Origin: an uncultured delta proteobacterium
Lineage (GTDB): Bacteria > Desulfobacterota > Binatia > Binatales > Binataceae
DNA: 64,000 bases
NCBI GenBank assembly: GCA_963794325.1
Contig: CAWCDG010000002.1
Location: 576,001 to 640,000, forward strand
Direction: 5' to 3'
Below, one piece after another: positions 1 through 9,157 of the stretch. Under the pieces are notes generated by a model, which saw only the letters and a program-made list of their open reading frames with translations, was not told the DNA's origin and did no database searches. The number at the start of each line of letters is the position of its first letter. Within the stretch, counting starts at the first letter, position 1. The position numbers and the translations under genes are program-made.

Positions 1-1428
1 GAGGGCCAGCTCGAGCGCAGCGCGCGAGTGCTCGAGCAGAAACTCGCGGACTTTGGAGTCGAGGGTCGCGTGGTCGAGGTGCAGCCGGGCCCCGTCGTCA
101 CGATGTACAAGTTCGAGCCCGGCTCCGGAATAAAGGTGAGCCAGATCGTCAATCTCGCGGACGATCTCTCGATGGCTCTCAGAGCGGCCGCCGTACGAAT
201 CCAGGCGCCGGTGCCGGGAGAGGCCGTAGTCGGAATCGAGGTGCCGAACAAGAAGCGCGAGCGCGTTTTCCTGCGCGAGATTCTCGAAGCCGACGAATTC
301 TCCGCCGCGCAAAGTCAGCTCACCATCGCGCTCGGCAAGGATATCGCCGGACGTCCGGTGGCGGCCGACCTCGCCAAGATGCCTCATCTGCTGATCGCGG
401 GCGCGACCGGAACCGGCAAGTCGGTTTCGCTGCATACGATGATCGCGTCGATTCTGTTCAACGCGACCGCCGACGACGTGCGACTGATCCTCGTCGATCC
501 GAAGATGCTCGAATTGTCGGTCTACGAAAATATTCCGCATCTGCTGGTGCCGGTCGTCGTCGATCCGCAGAAGGCCGCGTCCGCGCTGCTGTGGGCGACG
601 CAGGAAATGGAAGGCCGTTACCTGCGGATGCGCGAGCTGGGCGTCCGCAATATCGACGGCTACAACCATGCGCTGGCGTCGGGTGCGTCCCTCGCGCAGC
701 TCAAGATGGCGGGACAAAGTGCGCCGGCGTCGGACGATCCGAATCAGCCGGCGGTCGGGATGATCGAGCATCGCAAGCTGCCCAAGATCGTGATCGTTAT
801 CGACGAGCTCGCCGACCTGCTGCTGAGCGAGGGCAAGACCGTCGAGCGCGATATCACGCGGCTTGCGCAAAAGGCGCGCGCCGCGGGAATCCATCTGATC
901 CTCGCGACGCAGCGGCCGTCGGTCGACGTGATCACCGGCCTTATCAAGGCCAACCTGCCGGCGCGAATCTCGCTGCAGGTGACATCGCGGGTCGATTCGC
1001 GCACGATCCTCGATTCGATCGGCGCCGAACGCCTGCTCGGCGCCGGCGACATGCTCTTCATGCCGCCCGGCAGCGCGAAACTTCGCCGCTTGCACGGACC
1101 GTTCGTCGGCGAGCACGAGATTCGCAAACTCACCGATTTTCTGCGCGAGCAGGGCGCGCCCGAGTACCGGATGGAAATCCTCGACACCAAGCCGCCCGGC
1201 GAGGACGGCGGCGACGGTCTCGGTGGCGAGGTGCAGGACGAGATGTATGATGAGGCTGTGCGGATCGTGATGGAGACCAACCAGGCGTCGATTTCGATGA
1301 TCCAGCGGCGGCTTCGAATCGGTTACAATCGCGCGGCCCGGATGGTCGAGCAGATGGAACGCGAAGGAATCGTGATGCCCGCCGACGGCGCCAAGCCACG
1401 AGAAGTCCGGTTGCACAACGCTCGATGA
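1..1428 (+). CDS. ftsK: DNA translocase FtsK (5' part outside window)
   Basis: PHLLIAGATGTGKS Walker A, IVIDELADL Walker B, ATQRPSVDVITG motif, C-terminal gamma domain (SMIQRRLRIGYNRAAR); frame is open from base 1. Confidence 0.97.
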   Translation, partial: EGQLERSARVLEQKLADFGVEGRVVEVQPGPVVTMYKFEPGSGIKVSQIVNLADDLSMALRAAAVRIQAPVPGEAVVGIEVPNKKRERVFLREILEADEFSAAQSQLTIALGKDIAGRPVAADLAKMPHLLIAGATGTGKSVSLHTMIASILFNATADDVRLILVDPKMLELSVYENIPHLLVPVVVDPQKAASALLWATQEMEGRYLRMRELGVRNIDGYNHALASGASLAQLKMAGQSAPASDDPNQPAVGMIEHRKLPKIVIVIDELADLLLSEGKTVERDITRLAQKARAAGIHLILATQRPSVDVITGLIKANLPARISLQVTSRVDSRTILDSIGAERLLGAGDMLFMPPGSAKLRRLHGPFVGEHEIRKLTDFLREQGAPEYRMEILDTKPPGEDGGDGLGGEVQDEMYDEAVRIVMETNQASISMIQRRLRIGYNRAARMVEQMEREGIVMPADGAKPREVRLHNAR

Positions 1429-2129
1429 TGCTCCGCGATCTTTTTAGAAAATTGTGGCCGGCATTTTTTGCGGTGACTGCGGTGGTTCTCGTCGCGGCGC
1501 CGCTGCATTCCGAGACGATGGTGCCGAGCGGCCCGCCCCTCAGCAAAGATTTGAAGAAGGTGCTCGATCGCCTGCAGCGCCATTACCGGGACACGAAATC
1601 GTTCTCGGCGAAATTCAACGAGGAGATCGCGGCGGTCGGCGCGCCGAAGCGACAACGTCAGGGCACGGTCTCATTTCGCAAGCCCGGGCGCATGCGATGG
1701 GACTTCGAGACACCGGAAAAACAAACGATCGTCAGCGACGGCGAGACGCTTTATTCCTACGACTCGGATCTCAACCAGGTCGTCGAGACTCCGCTGAAGC
1801 AGGCGATCAAGTCGAGCAGCGCGACGTCGTTCCTGCTCGGAATCGGAAATATCAACCGCGACTTCAAAGCCGCATTTGCGAATCCGCCGGCGCCTGACGG
1901 GCCGGTGAATCTGATCCTCGACGCCCGGACTGGCGGCTACAAAATCGAAGTTGGGCTTGATCCGAAAACCTACAATCTCATGAAGCTGACGCTCACCGAC
2001 CAGCTAGGCGACGTGACGAAGATCGATTTCAGCGACATTCATGATAATGTGGAGCTGCCCGATTCGACTTTCGCTTTCAACGCGCCGGCCGGCGCGGACA
2101 TTGTGACCGCACCTGCCTCGCCGCAATGA
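1425..2129 (+). CDS. lolA: Outer-membrane lipoprotein carrier LolA family
   Basis: Signal peptide; FSAKF, KPGRMRW, IVSDGETL and YDSDLNQV motifs; canonical ftsK-lolA synteny. Confidence 0.9.
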   Translation: MMLRDLFRKLWPAFFAVTAVVLVAAPLHSETMVPSGPPLSKDLKKVLDRLQRHYRDTKSFSAKFNEEIAAVGAPKRQRQGTVSFRKPGRMRWDFETPEKQTIVSDGETLYSYDSDLNQVVETPLKQAIKSSSATSFLLGIGNINRDFKAAFANPPAPDGPVNLILDARTGGYKIEVGLDPKTYNLMKLTLTDQLGDVTKIDFSDIHDNVELPDSTFAFNAPAGADIVTAPASPQ

Positions 2130-2235
2130 TCTGATACACTGAATACTGATCAAACGCCGAAACTCGGGTGCGCGATTGCCTCGTCGTTAGGCGACGGGTA
2201 TTTTTAAAAGCCCCTTAAGTTTCCCGGTCCCGTAA

Positions 2236-3576
2236 ATGGAAAAAGTTCACCTACTCACGCTTGGATGCCCCAAGAATCTCGCCGACAGCGAGTTGATGCT
2301 CGGCGCGCTGACCTCGGCCGGGTTCGAGATCACGCTCGACCCCGAAGAGGCGCAAGTGCTGCTGGTGAACACCTGCGCGTTTATCGAGGCGGCGAAGAAA
2401 GAATCGATCGACGCGATCCTCGAGGCGGCCGAGGTCAAGAAGCGCGGCTTCGGCAAGCGGCTGGTGGTTGCGGGATGTCTGTCGCAGCGCTACGCGACCG
2501 AGCTCGCCGCGACGATGCCCGAGGTTGACGTGTTCGTCGGTACCGGGAACTTCCTCGATCTTCCCGAGTTGCTGCGGCGCACCGAAGCGCCCGAATCGCG
2601 GCCGATTCCATATGCCGGCGCGGCGCATCTGCTGCCGACCTCGGCAATCCCGCGAATCAAGACCGGAGATTTCTTCACGTCTTACTTGAAGATTTCAGAA
2701 GGCTGCAATCACAAGTGCGCCTTCTGCATCATTCCAAAAATTCGCGGCCTGCATGAGAGCCGCCCGACTGCCGATCTGGTCGCCGAAGCGCGCAATCTGG
2801 TCGCCGGCGGCGTGCGCGAGATCAATTTGATCGCGCAGGATTTGACCGCATACGGCCGCGATCTTAAGGAGCAGTCATCTCTGGCACAACTGCTGCGCGA
2901 ACTCTCGACCATCGACGAGTTGCGCTGGATACGATTGCTCTACTGCTATCCGAATTTCGTGAGCGCCGAGCTGCTCGACGCAATCGCGGAGCTGCCCAAG
3001 GTCGTCAAGTACATCGACATGCCGTTGCAACATGCCGACGACGCGATGCTGCGCGCGATGCGCCGCGAGCGCTCAGGGTCGGCGCTCGTCAAGCTGCTCG
3101 AGCGCGTGCGCGAACGTATTCCCGGCGTCGTGCTGCGAACCTCGTTCATTGTCGGGTTCCCGGGCGAGACCGACGCCGCCTTCGAGCGTCTGGTGGATTT
3201 TGTTCGTGCTGAGCAGTTCGATCGGGTGGGAGTGTTCACGTATTCGCGCGAGGAGAATACAGCCGCGTACGATATGCCGGACCAGGTGCCCGAGCGCGTC
3301 AAGCGCGCGCGGCGCGCAAGCCTGATGGCGACGCAGTCGGAGATTTCGCTCGCGAAAAATCGCGGGATGGTCGGACGCGAAGTCGAAGTGCTGGTTGAGG
3401 GGCCGATGCCGGGACGCTCGACGCGGCTGCGCGCGCGCACCTCGGGCCAGGCGCCCGAAATCGACGGCGGCGTGTTCCTTGCGGGCGACGCCGAGCCGGG
3501 CGAGTTCGTCCGCGCCCGAATCGACAAGGCGCTCAGTTACGATCTGCATGCAACGGTCGCCGGTGCGGCCGCTTAA
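2236..3576 (+). CDS. rimO: Ribosomal protein S12 methylthiotransferase RimO
   Basis: LGCPKN and NTCAFIEAAKKESID (UPF0004), radical SAM CNHKCAFC, APEIDG TRAM motif. Confidence 0.95.
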   Translation: MEKVHLLTLGCPKNLADSELMLGALTSAGFEITLDPEEAQVLLVNTCAFIEAAKKESIDAILEAAEVKKRGFGKRLVVAGCLSQRYATELAATMPEVDVFVGTGNFLDLPELLRRTEAPESRPIPYAGAAHLLPTSAIPRIKTGDFFTSYLKISEGCNHKCAFCIIPKIRGLHESRPTADLVAEARNLVAGGVREINLIAQDLTAYGRDLKEQSSLAQLLRELSTIDELRWIRLLYCYPNFVSAELLDAIAELPKVVKYIDMPLQHADDAMLRAMRRERSGSALVKLLERVRERIPGVVLRTSFIVGFPGETDAAFERLVDFVRAEQFDRVGVFTYSREENTAAYDMPDQVPERVKRARRASLMATQSEISLAKNRGMVGREVEVLVEGPMPGRSTRLRARTSGQAPEIDGGVFLAGDAEPGEFVRARIDKALSYDLHATVAGAAA

Positions 3577-3599
3577 ATATAAATCGGAGTCGGGATTCA

Positions 3600-4052
3600 A
3601 TGACCAAGAATACAGTTGGCGCGGACCGAAAAAAGTTCCTGGCCAAAATGCGCGAACAACTGCTCGATACCAAGGCCAAACTGCTCGGCGAGATCGATTC
3701 GGAGATGCGCGCTGAACGCGAAGGTAACAAGGACGAAGGGATGGACGCCTACGACCTGGCGTCGGAAGAGCGCGATCGCGAGATCAACTTCATCCTGTCG
3801 GACCGCGAACGCGTCAAGCTGAAGCAGATTGATGACGCGCTCGAGCGGCTCGACGACGGCAGCTACGGCGTCTGCGAGTCGTGCGGACTGGAGATCGCCG
3901 AGGAACGCCTCGCAGCGATGCCGTTCACGCGTCTCTGCCGTGATTGTCAGCAGGATGAGGAGCGCGAGGCGAAATCGCAGCGGCGACCCGATGATGAGCC
4001 CAATGCTTATCGCAAAGTCGGTTCGACCGACGCCGACGACGATAACGCCTAG
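3600..4052 (+). CDS. TraR/DksA family transcription regulator (C4 zinc finger)
   Basis: Coiled coil with DxxDxA tip (DAYDLA), then YGVCESC...RL.AMP...LCRDC. Confidence 0.9.
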   Translation: MTKNTVGADRKKFLAKMREQLLDTKAKLLGEIDSEMRAEREGNKDEGMDAYDLASEERDREINFILSDRERVKLKQIDDALERLDDGSYGVCESCGLEIAEERLAAMPFTRLCRDCQQDEEREAKSQRRPDDEPNAYRKVGSTDADDDNA

Positions 4053-4141
4053 ATACAGCGAAAAAGAATAACGACAAGAAAAAGGAAATTCCGGCTAAAG
4101 CGCCTTCAACCCTCGAGATAGAAATAGCAATAGGAATAACG

Positions 4142-4777
4142 ATGCGGATGAAATCCTCTGCTTTTGGGCGTTGGATCGGCGCGTTGGTCCTTTGCGGCAT
4201 CGTGGTGGCCTTATGCGTTCAGTTCGTCGACCGACCGGTAGCACTGTTCGCGAACGCCCATTTGGCACCGAAGAATTCGCTCGCCACTTCGCTAGACCTG
4301 GTGCTGCTATTCGTTCCGCTCGGCGCGCTGACTATCTTGGGCTGCGGCTGCACCGTGTTGGCAGGGCGCAGCTTGCCACGATTGGCAGAGGCAACGATGC
4401 TCGCGGGTTTCAGCCTGATGTGGGGATTGGCGAGCACTGCCTATCTGTTGAAGCCGGCGTTTGGGCGCATCGAGATAGCGACCTATCTTGCGCACCCCAA
4501 TCTCTATGGCTTCAAGCCGTTTCATGGCAATTCGAACTCGGGGTTTCCCTCCGGTCATGTGGCTATCGCATCGTCTTTCCTGCTGGTGTTCTGGGTTTTC
4601 TACCCGCGCGCTAGAATTTTCATTGGCGCCGTCATCGGCGCGGTGATGATCGGCTTGGTTCTGGCGACATGGCATTTCGTGTCGGATGTTGTCGGTGGCC
4701 TTTTCGTCGGCGCGACGGCCGCAGAAATGACGATCGCGCTCTTCCGGGCAGATCGCCACGACACAACCGTGACCTGA
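4142..4777 (+). CDS. PAP2-family membrane phosphatase
   Basis: K...GR, FPSGH and HFVSDV motifs; several TM helices. Confidence 0.85.
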   Translation: MRMKSSAFGRWIGALVLCGIVVALCVQFVDRPVALFANAHLAPKNSLATSLDLVLLFVPLGALTILGCGCTVLAGRSLPRLAEATMLAGFSLMWGLASTAYLLKPAFGRIEIATYLAHPNLYGFKPFHGNSNSGFPSGHVAIASSFLLVFWVFYPRARIFIGAVIGAVMIGLVLATWHFVSDVVGGLFVGATAAEMTIALFRADRHDTTVT

Positions 4778-4970
4778 AGCCGCTTTGGTCGCCCACGACT
4801 CAGTGTTTTTTCGTGACGTGTCGCGGCTTGCGCCTGTAATTAGGCCAGTACCCCGCGGTGGCGTTGTTTACCGCGCCGTCCAAACCAGTCATTCTAGATA
4901 GACAACTCGCGCGCATCAGCGGTCCTCAACCACAACCAGCATCACCGCATCAGACTTTATAAACCAATTA

Positions 4971-5912
4971 ATGAGAATATTTTCGGACATTGAGACCGGC
5001 CTATCCGACGGTTCGTCCGTCGAACATGCCGACACTCGAGAGCGAATTCGCACCAATCTTGCCGGCGTCGGCGCGACCATCGTCCTTGCCAGCGCACGCG
5101 GCGGAGTCGGCAAGAGCATGCTCGCGGTGAATATCGCCGCGGCGTGGACGATGAAGGGCCGCAAGGTCGCGATCATCGATGCGGACCTGAATTCGCCCAG
5201 CATCGCGGCGATGCTCGGAATGAAAGCGCAGCGGCGCTACCCGACGATCAGCGGAATCGAGTTTGTGGCCGGGCCGCATGGCTTGCGCCTGGTCTCGAGC
5301 GATCAACTCCCGGGCGGCGAGCCGCCACCTATCAGCTTTATCCAGGATTACGATCAGGCCGACGGGAACGGGAGCGAGCCGGCCGCACCTGCGCCCACGG
5401 GTCCCGCGGAACTCGGCTATCGCGCGGCGCTCGGTCGAATGCTGGCGGAGTCGCAGTTTGGGAACGTGGATTTGCTGCTGATCGATCTGGCTAGCGGACT
5501 CGATCGATTGCATGCGCTCGCGCCTATGATGACGCTCGACGGCGTGCTGCTGCTGACACATCCGTCGGCACAGGACACGAGCGCCGCGCGTCACGCGATA
5601 AAGATTGGACGCGCAATCGGTGCGCCAGTCTCCGGCATTGTCGAGAATATGGCCGGCTTCAACTGCGACGGATGCCGCAGCGTGCGACCCTTATGGCCGG
5701 AAGGTGATCTCAACGGAGTCGCGCGCGAGAGTGGGGTGCCGATTCTGGGGCGGCTTGCGTTTGAACCGCGCCTCGCGGACAGCACCGATCGCGGCGTGCT
5801 GTTCGTCCGCGAGTACGCATCGACGCCGACGGGCAAAGTGCTCGTCGAAATCGCGAATCAGGTCGAAGCAATCGTCGGCGCGCGCAGTCGCGGTCTGAAT
5901 ACGCCCGCGTAG
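4971..5912 (+). CDS. Mrp/ApbC/NBP35-like P-loop NTPase (divergent)
   Basis: ASARGGVGKS, IDADLNSPS and ENMAGFNCDGC motifs. Confidence 0.8.
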   Translation: MRIFSDIETGLSDGSSVEHADTRERIRTNLAGVGATIVLASARGGVGKSMLAVNIAAAWTMKGRKVAIIDADLNSPSIAAMLGMKAQRRYPTISGIEFVAGPHGLRLVSSDQLPGGEPPPISFIQDYDQADGNGSEPAAPAPTGPAELGYRAALGRMLAESQFGNVDLLLIDLASGLDRLHALAPMMTLDGVLLLTHPSAQDTSAARHAIKIGRAIGAPVSGIVENMAGFNCDGCRSVRPLWPEGDLNGVARESGVPILGRLAFEPRLADSTDRGVLFVREYASTPTGKVLVEIANQVEAIVGARSRGLNTPA

Positions 5913-5998
5913 ATGCCGCGCGCGACAGAAAGGAAATTTCCCTCAAGGTACCCAGCACCAAGCTGATTCACTGAAAAAAGACCCCCGCTGCCTGATTC

Positions 5999-7795
5999 TC
6001 AATCGCTATCGGTATCTTCGTTCTCGTTTTCGTTGGCCGCGGTCAGCACCGAGTCGGCGACCCGCGAATATTCAAACATCCCGGCGCCGCGATGTGCGCC
6101 CGCGTGGAAGCTCGCGAATCCGAGTGACGTGTAGATGCGCGACTGCTCCGGCCCCGGCCGCGACAGCGGAATGAAGCATTCGACGCTGCCTTCGAGTTCG
6201 CACGACGATCCGTCCGGGCGCGTCAACGATGCGAAAATACGATGCGGCGGCTCTTCGACCGACGCTGTTTCAATCGTGAGATCGAGCAGATCGCACGGCG
6301 CCCATCCACTGGGGCCGAGAATCCGTGCGCTTCGATTTGGCGCTGCGTCTGCCGTCGTGACAGAGCGCGCTTCGATCGCACGCGGCGCATCACTGTCCTC
6401 GAAGCGTGCCCAAATCATTCGGCGTGCGGTGAATTTCTGCGGGCCCAGTCCGGTGAACGACATTCCCGCGCGCGCAAATCCATTGACCGTTCGCGATGCG
6501 CCGCCGATGCAAACCTTTCCAACAACGCGACCGAAGGCGACGCTCGACGCCAGCGCATCCGCCCCAGCTCCATCCGCCGATAGAATCCGATCGAAGTCGA
6601 ACTCGCCGCCCGCGCGATCGCTTTCGAAACGCATCTCCACTTCGGTGGCGTCGTCGAGTCGCCCGGAAGCGAGCGCGCGTTCGATGCTCAGATACGCGGT
6701 AGCATCGGGCACGATTACGGCGGGTCCGTGGAACGCCAGGACGATCGATTCGCCTTCGCGACGAAGCGAGAGCGGGCCGTGAGTGACGGCGCTCGCGGAA
6801 CGCGCCGGCCGGCCTTCTGCAGTGAACAATGCCGCGCAGTGGCCATCGAACAACATCATGATTCGCGCGCCCATGCCCGCGCCGCCGACGTCGAAGCTCG
6901 CCATCGCACCGAACCGCGCGTCAGGATCATAGAATTCGATGCCGATACGTCCGGGCGCCGCAACCGTCGCGGCTGCCCCGATTTCGGATTTGGCGACCGC
7001 CGGGCGCGGTGCGCGATTTATCACGATGGGCGATCGCGACACTTGCGGATTGCCGCTTCTTGAAAAAACATCGGCGATTGAGTCCTCGCATCGGGCGCGC
7101 AATTCTCCGGGCATTCGCAGCGCGACCGACAGCTCGAGTTGGGCCGCATCGACCACGCCGCTCATCGCAATTTCGGAAATCGAGCGAAGCGGCGCGTTCG
7201 GACTCTGCCGATGACGCGCGGTGAAAGCCTGCAGCAGGTTCTGCAACCCGCCGCCCGGGTACCGCATCCCGTAGGTCGGTTTGATTCCGTGGCGATGCAG
7301 GCGCTCGGCGAGTCCCGCCAGCGGACCGTTGATAAAATCGTCACACGCAGACACGCAAGCGGACCCGGGTGGCCGCAGTTCGCCTCCCGAGTTTCTCAGA
7401 CCGAGCCCGAAATCGAGGCGCGGCTCGATAATGTTCCATCCGTGGATGAGCAGAACGGTGATGCGGCCATGACGCGCGACGATGGCGTCGACCCGGTCCG
7501 CGATCATTTCGAGCAGCCACGGCGCGCGCTCGATTATTTGCGAGAGGCGATTGCAATCCAGCCGGTTGCGATCCATCGCGACGTTGATCAGCGCCGACGC
7601 GCCCAGCCGCGCCGCCAGTCCGCGCGTGATTTCCGCGGTGTGAAGGTCGTTGACCTTGGGATTCAGCATCGAGCGCGTGCGCGGTTCCGCGTGGCCGCCA
7701 TGCGGCGCAATCAGGAGAAGGGGAGAATCGGAATCGATTACTTCGAGCCATGCCTCGGAGGCCGCGGTTGCGGTATGAACCCCGGATTCAGACAT
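5999..7795 (-). CDS. Hypothetical protein: N-terminal N-formylglutamate-amidohydrolase-like domain plus unknown C-terminal beta-rich domain
   Basis: LLIAPHGG...DLHT...DCNR...LLIHG pattern; 598 aa ORF starting 3 bp after the upstream stop. Confidence 0.6.
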   Translation of the reverse strand: MSESGVHTATAASEAWLEVIDSDSPLLLIAPHGGHAEPRTRSMLNPKVNDLHTAEITRGLAARLGASALINVAMDRNRLDCNRLSQIIERAPWLLEMIADRVDAIVARHGRITVLLIHGWNIIEPRLDFGLGLRNSGGELRPPGSACVSACDDFINGPLAGLAERLHRHGIKPTYGMRYPGGGLQNLLQAFTARHRQSPNAPLRSISEIAMSGVVDAAQLELSVALRMPGELRARCEDSIADVFSRSGNPQVSRSPIVINRAPRPAVAKSEIGAAATVAAPGRIGIEFYDPDARFGAMASFDVGGAGMGARIMMLFDGHCAALFTAEGRPARSASAVTHGPLSLRREGESIVLAFHGPAVIVPDATAYLSIERALASGRLDDATEVEMRFESDRAGGEFDFDRILSADGAGADALASSVAFGRVVGKVCIGGASRTVNGFARAGMSFTGLGPQKFTARRMIWARFEDSDAPRAIEARSVTTADAAPNRSARILGPSGWAPCDLLDLTIETASVEEPPHRIFASLTRPDGSSCELEGSVECFIPLSRPGPEQSRIYTSLGFASFHAGAHRGAGMFEYSRVADSVLTAANENENEDTDSD

Positions 7796-7798
7796 TTC

Positions 7799-8566
7799 TC
7801 AGATCGACGCCGCTCGATGGGACTCAAGCACAAATCGCGCGTGGAGAATGAACGACGCGATGAAATAGTAAGCGATGTAACTCAGCCCGGCCCACAGCAT
7901 GATCGGGTTCACCGCCGGCAGCATCAGCAGCGATGCGATGGTCAGAAAGCCCCAGATGATTCCGAGCGTGAGCGTGAGCGGACGCAGCGGCACGGTTCGA
8001 TTTGGATAGATGTACTTGAGCGGCATGAACACCATCACCGCGAGAATCAGCAGCACGGCGACGTTGAATACGGTGCCGATCCCGAGACTGTAAAGATAAA
8101 ACGCGACGAGGTTCCAGTAATTCGGGAAGCCGAGGAAGTAGTGGTCGGGGGTTTTGGCCTCGGTGTGGCAGAATCCGTAAACGCTCGCGAGCATGACGAA
8201 GCAGGCCAGCGCCAGGCCCCATCGCGAGGTCGGGATGATGCCGGCCTCCAGCATCAGGAATACCGGCGCCACGGTGTACGTCAGATAATCGACGATGTTG
8301 TCGAGCAGCGCGCCGTCGAAGGTCGGCACACGTATCTTGACCATCAGCCAGCGCGCGAGCGGGCCGTCACTGCAATCGATAATCGTCGCGGCGCCCATCG
8401 CCAGGAATGACGCGCGGAAGTCACCGCGCGAGGCGAAAAAGATCGCGAGCAGGCCGAGCGCCGCGCCAAGCGCGGTATATAGATGTACGCCCCACGCGCA
8501 CGCCGTGAGAAATTTCTGACTCGGGAATGCCCGCGGCAGACTTCCGGCAGCGCTTGAGGTGCTCAA
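7799..8566 (-). CDS. pcs: Phosphatidylcholine-synthase-like CDP-alcohol phosphatidyltransferase
   Basis: AWGVHLYTALG, DCSDGPLAR...FDGALLDNIVDYLTY and FLGFPNYWN motifs typical of Pcs. Confidence 0.8.
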   Translation of the reverse strand: MSTSSAAGSLPRAFPSQKFLTACAWGVHLYTALGAALGLLAIFFASRGDFRASFLAMGAATIIDCSDGPLARWLMVKIRVPTFDGALLDNIVDYLTYTVAPVFLMLEAGIIPTSRWGLALACFVMLASVYGFCHTEAKTPDHYFLGFPNYWNLVAFYLYSLGIGTVFNVAVLLILAVMVFMPLKYIYPNRTVPLRPLTLTLGIIWGFLTIASLLMLPAVNPIMLWAGLSYIAYYFIASFILHARFVLESHRAASI

Positions 8567-8567
8567 A

Positions 8568-9104
8568 TCACTTGTCCGGCTTGTAGTCGCGCGGCCCGAA
8601 GTATTCTTCGAGCACCGTCATAAACGGTCCGCATGCGCGATTTTTTTTCACGAGTATCATCGCCTCTTCGAGAGACATTTGCCGATATGCACGCAGAAAC
8701 GCAATCGCCAGCGTCGGCGCGCGATTCATCCCGGCATTACAGTGAAGATAGACGCGCGAGCCCGGCGCGACCAGATCGCGAAGATCGTTAAGCGCAACCT
8801 CGAGCCGTTCCGCCATCGCATCCGCGCTGCCATCCTGGATCGGCGTGCGCACATAATCGATTCCGTGCGCATCGTACTCCGCGCGCAGCTCGCGGTTATC
8901 CAACCCGTTCATCCGCAGATCATCGTCGTCCTGCAGGTTGTGAACGGCGGTAATTCCGTAGGTGTCCTTGAGCCATGCGATATCGGCATGACCGGGATAT
9001 TCGCCAACCAACAATTCATCCGAGATAACGCTGACCGACGGCCGCCGTCCGTTGCGAGTCGGGCGCGGTGCGTGCTCGGCGCGTTTGCTGAACCAATCAA
9101 CCAT
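8568..9104 (-). CDS. Dual-specificity (PTP-superfamily) phosphatase
   Basis: VYLHCNAGMNRA CX5R active site; PIQD acid loop. Confidence 0.88.
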   Translation of the reverse strand: MVDWFSKRAEHAPRPTRNGRRPSVSVISDELLVGEYPGHADIAWLKDTYGITAVHNLQDDDDLRMNGLDNRELRAEYDAHGIDYVRTPIQDGSADAMAERLEVALNDLRDLVAPGSRVYLHCNAGMNRAPTLAIAFLRAYRQMSLEEAMILVKKNRACGPFMTVLEEYFGPRDYKPDK

Positions 9105-9157
9105 GATTCAAATGTAACCATCCAGAGGGTAGATATTCCACCGTCATCCGGGACGCA

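Noticed and set aside
2177-2206. Terminator between lolA and rimO
   Set aside because: Short bulged stem; too weak to call despite the T-run.
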